A stretch of 60,434 bases of DNA from Oligoflexales bacterium (GTDB taxonomy: Bacteria; Bdellovibrionota_B; Oligoflexia; Oligoflexales; RGVZ01), in contig CANJQY010000001.1 of assembly GCA_947476525.1 (NCBI GenBank), positions 1 to 60,434 of the forward strand. The letters run 5' to 3'. The notes beneath the pieces were generated by a model that did no database searches, was not told the DNA's origin, and saw nothing but the letters and a program-made list of their open reading frames with translations. This document shows positions 57,343 to 60,434 of this stretch, one piece after another (position 1 is the stretch's first letter; the number at the start of each line of letters is the position of its first letter). The position numbers were made by a program, and so were the translations under genes.

Positions 57343-59145
57343 GTGCAAGACCCTAAATATATTAGAAATTTTTGCATAGTTGCGCATATTGACCATGGTA
57401 AATCTACTTTGGCGGATCGTCTGATTGAGTTCACGGGAACGCTTTCCAATCGAGAAATGAAATCTCAGGTTCTTGATTCCATGGACTTAGAGCGTGAGCG
57501 CGGAATTACGATTAAAGCGCAAACCTGCTGCATGCGATACAAAGCTAAGGACGGTATTGTTTATCAATTGAACCTCATCGACACGCCGGGCCATGTCGAC
57601 TTTTCTTATGAAGTATCACGCAGTCTTAGTGCGTGTGAAGGTGCCCTGGTAATCGTAGATGCGAGTCAAGGAGTTGAAGCGCAGACGGTTGCCAACGTGC
57701 AGCTAGCCATGCGTAGCAAACTTACTTTAATTCCTGTCATTAATAAAATTGATTTACCCTCGGCCGATCCGGACCGTGTCGCACAAGAGATTGAAGACGA
57801 GCTCGCCATTGATGCAACCGAAGCGATTTTGTGTTCGGCAAAAGCAGGTATCGGCATTGAAGAAGTTCTTGAAGCGGTGGTTAAGCGCATTCCACCGCCA
57901 AGTGATAATAATCAAAATCCTTTGCGAGCCCTAATATTCGATAGTTGGTTTGATCAATACCTTGGTGCCGTGTCCTTAATTCGCGTCAAAGACGGCGTCA
58001 TTCGCCGAGGTCAGAGAATGAAGATGATGTCTTCAGACAAGGACTTTGAGGTCTTAAAACTCGGGAAGTTATCTCCAAAGGGCGTCGACGTCGACGAGCT
58101 TTCGTGTGGAGAGGTTGGATTTGTTTCCGGCTCCATTAAAGCGGTGGCCGATACCCGAGTTGGTGACACCATCACTGATGAAGAAAATCCTGCAACTGAG
58201 GCATTAGCAGGCTTTACGCCGGCACGTCAGATGGTTTTTGGCGGAGTATTCCCGGTGGAATCCAGTGAATATCCATTGCTTAAAGACAGCCTCGAAAAAT
58301 TAACTTTAAACGACTCAAGTCTAGTTTATGAAGTTGAGAGTTCGAATGCACTTGGCTTTGGGTTTCGTGTTGGGTTTCTAGGACTGCTACACATGGATAT
58401 TATTCAAGAGCGTCTTGAACGCGAATATAATTTAGCCCTGATTTTCACTGCTCCAACCGTCGTATATAAAGTAACGACCGTAGACGGGGAGCATAAGGAA
58501 ATAGAAAATCCTGCTAAACTTCCTGACGCAACTCGCATTGCGAAATTTGAAGAACCTTACGTAACAATGACGTTACATACACCAGAGGAGTTTCTTGGAT
58601 CTCTATTGAAGCTGCTCCAAGATCGTCGAGGCCACCAAAAAGGCATGGACTACACGACTTCAAAACGCGTGAAACTAACCTACGAACTTCCAATGAATGA
58701 AATGATTTTTGATTTCCATGATAAATTGAAATCAATGTCTCGTGGGTATGCGTCCATGGATTACGAAATTCTAGATTACCGTGAGGGTGACCTGGTTAAA
58801 CTTGATATTTTGGTCAATCAAGAGCCGGTTGACGCTTTATCTTGCATTGTTCACCGCAGTTACGCCGCCAATCGAGGGCGCCAGCTGTGCGAAAAACTTA
58901 AAGAACTTCTACCGCGCCAAATGTTCCAAATTGTGCTTCAAGCCTCCATCGGAGCCAAGATTGTCTCCCGTGAAACAATCTCTGCCATGCGCAAAGACGT
59001 AACTGCAAAATGTTATGGTGGCGATATTTCAAGAAAGCGGAAGCTTCTTGAAAAACAAAAAGAAGGTAAAAAACGCATGAAGCAAATTGGCAACGTCGAG
59101 ATTCCTCAATCAGCGTTTACGGCCATTCTAAAACTCGATAATTAG
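57343..59145 (+). CDS. lepA: translation elongation factor 4
   Basis: [28 protein letters not shown] and NKID motifs, plus the conserved LepA C-terminal region. GTG start at 57343 with GGAGA upstream. Confidence 0.95.
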   Translation: MQDPKYIRNFCIVAHIDHGKSTLADRLIEFTGTLSNREMKSQVLDSMDLERERGITIKAQTCCMRYKAKDGIVYQLNLIDTPGHVDFSYEVSRSLSACEGALVIVDASQGVEAQTVANVQLAMRSKLTLIPVINKIDLPSADPDRVAQEIEDELAIDATEAILCSAKAGIGIEEVLEAVVKRIPPPSDNNQNPLRALIFDSWFDQYLGAVSLIRVKDGVIRRGQRMKMMSSDKDFEVLKLGKLSPKGVDVDELSCGEVGFVSGSIKAVADTRVGDTITDEENPATEALAGFTPARQMVFGGVFPVESSEYPLLKDSLEKLTLNDSSLVYEVESSNALGFGFRVGFLGLLHMDIIQERLEREYNLALIFTAPTVVYKVTTVDGEHKEIENPAKLPDATRIAKFEEPYVTMTLHTPEEFLGSLLKLLQDRRGHQKGMDYTTSKRVKLTYELPMNEMIFDFHDKLKSMSRGYASMDYEILDYREGDLVKLDILVNQEPVDALSCIVHRSYAANRGRQLCEKLKELLPRQMFQIVLQASIGAKIVSRETISAMRKDVTAKCYGGDISRKRKLLEKQKEGKKRMKQIGNVEIPQSAFTAILKLDN

Positions 59146-59169
59146 TCCCTGGCGCTTTCCTGCCAGGGA
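59146..59169 (+). terminator. hairpin immediately after the lepA stop (weak terminator candidate)
   Basis: TCCCTGGC-GCTTTCCT-GCCAGGGA: an 8-bp stem with no T-run after it. Confidence 0.3.
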
Positions 59170-59324
59170 CGTGTCCTGAGCCGCAGGCGAAGGATCTCGG
59201 GGCACCCTCGGCATTTGGCCTAGGAGCCCATTATCACTGTGATTACTATGGTGAATTTCATAGTTGCATGATCGAAACAGTCAAGGTATAGAATGCCTCT
59301 TGGACTTTAAAATAAGGAGTGCCT

Positions 59325-59609
59325 ATGCCAAAGGTAACTATCAAAACTGACTACAAAACGATCGAAGTAAAAGATGGGTATCCATTGATCGATATGTGCG
59401 AAGAGCATGATACTTCTATTCTTTTTGGCTGCCGTGATGGTGCTTGTGGAGCCTGCATGATTCGCGTCGTGGACGGCGCCCAATTCGTGAGTAAAATGGG
59501 CGACAACGAACGAGACTTCCTAGAAACCATGGCTGCCGCACCGAACGAACGTCTAGCCTGCCAGTGTAAGGTGACCGGTGGCGACATTGTCATCGAAGTC
59601 TCCGAGTAG
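59325..59609 (+). CDS. 2Fe-2S ferredoxin
   Basis: CRDGACGAC ... LACQC cysteine pattern. ATG at 59325 with AAGGAG upstream. Confidence 0.8.
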   Translation: MPKVTIKTDYKTIEVKDGYPLIDMCEEHDTSILFGCRDGACGACMIRVVDGAQFVSKMGDNERDFLETMAAAPNERLACQCKVTGGDIVIEVSE

Positions 59610-60270
59610 TTCCTTGACTGTTAAAGCCACAAAAGCGCGTGTAGAAGCCATTCTCACGCGCCTTCGTGCGTTGAATCCAGAGCCTCGCTGCGAGCTCTAT
59701 TACGAAACTCCCTATCAACTGCTGATCAGTGTCGTGATGTCGGCTCAAGCCACCGATAAGAGCGTTAACGCGGCCATGGTCGAGCTCTATAAGGCGGGTT
59801 TAAATGTCGATTCAGTGCTTGCGATGGGGGAGGCAGGATTCCTCGATAAAATTCGCCGCATTGGGCTAGCCCCCACAAAAGCGCGAAATGTTCTAAAATT
59901 ATCCGCCATTCTAAAACAAAAATTTAACAGTGAAATTCCTCGCTCCCGCGAAGATTTAGAATCCCTGCCTGGGGTGGGGCGAAAAACAGCCAATGTCATT
60001 CTAGGGGAAATTTACCGAGAGCCCACAATTGCGGTCGACACCCATGTGTTTCGCGTGGGGGCACGCCTTGGACTTCACCGTGAAGGGACTCCCGAAAAAG
60101 CCGAGCAGAAACTTCTAGCTGTCATAGACCCGACGTGGCTGCCGATGGCTCACCACTGGTTTATTTTGCATGGACGTTACACGTGCTTGGCACGCGCTCC
60201 AAAATGTGACCTGTGTTGTTTGGTAGATTTGTGTTCGAGCAAAGAAAATTTTGTCTCAGGTACAAAATAA
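59578..60270 (+). CDS. nth: endonuclease III
   Basis: SAQATD, the HhH-GPD block LPGVGRKTANV, and the 4Fe-4S motif CLARAPKCDLCCLVDLC. The true start may be the TTG at 59614, just after the ferredoxin stop. Confidence 0.9.
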   Translation: MATLSSKSPSSSLTVKATKARVEAILTRLRALNPEPRCELYYETPYQLLISVVMSAQATDKSVNAAMVELYKAGLNVDSVLAMGEAGFLDKIRRIGLAPTKARNVLKLSAILKQKFNSEIPRSREDLESLPGVGRKTANVILGEIYREPTIAVDTHVFRVGARLGLHREGTPEKAEQKLLAVIDPTWLPMAHHWFILHGRYTCLARAPKCDLCCLVDLCSSKENFVSGTK

Positions 60271-60278
60271 TTCCGATA

Positions 60279-60434
60279 TTAAAAAGTAACGGATTCCTCT
60301 GCAACGACCGGAGTTTCTCCACTCGAAGAGTTAACTCTCTTGCCTTCGCGAGCTGCAAGACGCACTTCGTCTCGCATAGCAACGTTTCTTACCGCCAAGA
60401 AACTCGGGTAGTAATTTCTAGCAGCAAAGCCAAA
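60279..60434 (-). CDS. C-terminal end of an unidentified gene entering from beyond the window end
   Basis: The open minus-strand frame reads ...FGFAARNYYPSFLAVRNVAMRDEVRLAAREGKRVNSSSGETPVVAEESVTF and stops at 60279-60281. No family recognised. Confidence 0.3.
   Translation of the reverse strand, partial: FGFAARNYYPSFLAVRNVAMRDEVRLAAREGKRVNSSSGETPVVAEESVTF

Overview
Dense chromosomal segment of a diderm (Gram-negative) bacterium: Lgt, a LolC/E-type permease, a SPOR protein and many lipoprotein signal peptides point that way, but the taxon cannot be fixed from sequence alone. I support about 60 CDS. By eye I found no rRNA, tRNA or CRISPR array. Most genes are single, scattered housekeeping genes: pepP (partial), an HU-like protein, a partial complex I operon (nuoCD-E-F-G-I), aspS, miaB, ffh, ridA, lgt, ruvC, hemB, dnaJ, panB, murB, a uvrA-family gene, lepA and nth. 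Between them sit lineage-specific orphans and envelope proteins. No canonical defence or mobile system is intact. The stretch from 40.6 to 48.9 kb is the accessory-like, decaying part. It holds IS3-type transposase fragments, a DUF4143 AAA ATPase, a shattered second ATPase gene, a brnT toxin gene with a stop at codon 4, a possible GIY-YIG remnant, an 870-aa surface protein with five near-identical 324-bp tandem repeats, and a structured 60-75 nt repeat found behind two genes. The best candidates for something undescribed, all hypotheses from motif reading, are three. (1) 24.6-26.6 kb: a signal-peptide-bearing protein resembling a phage tail tube (T4 gp19/Afp1-like), overlapping a 535-aa orphan. 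(2) 31.1-32.3 kb: two tandem small proteins with the CheZ D-x3-Q active-site motif and a CheZ-like C-terminal peptide, with no other che genes nearby. (3) 49.0-51.6 kb: a divergent envelope cluster of a putative outer-membrane barrel with a CPCGCG motif, two YtkA/FixH-like HGHG proteins and a TlpA-like thioredoxin. A perfect 29-bp-stem palindrome at 15271-15333 and two short intergenic tandem repeats are also unexplained. Several start codons were moved from the ORF-track positions on Shine-Dalgarno and homology grounds.
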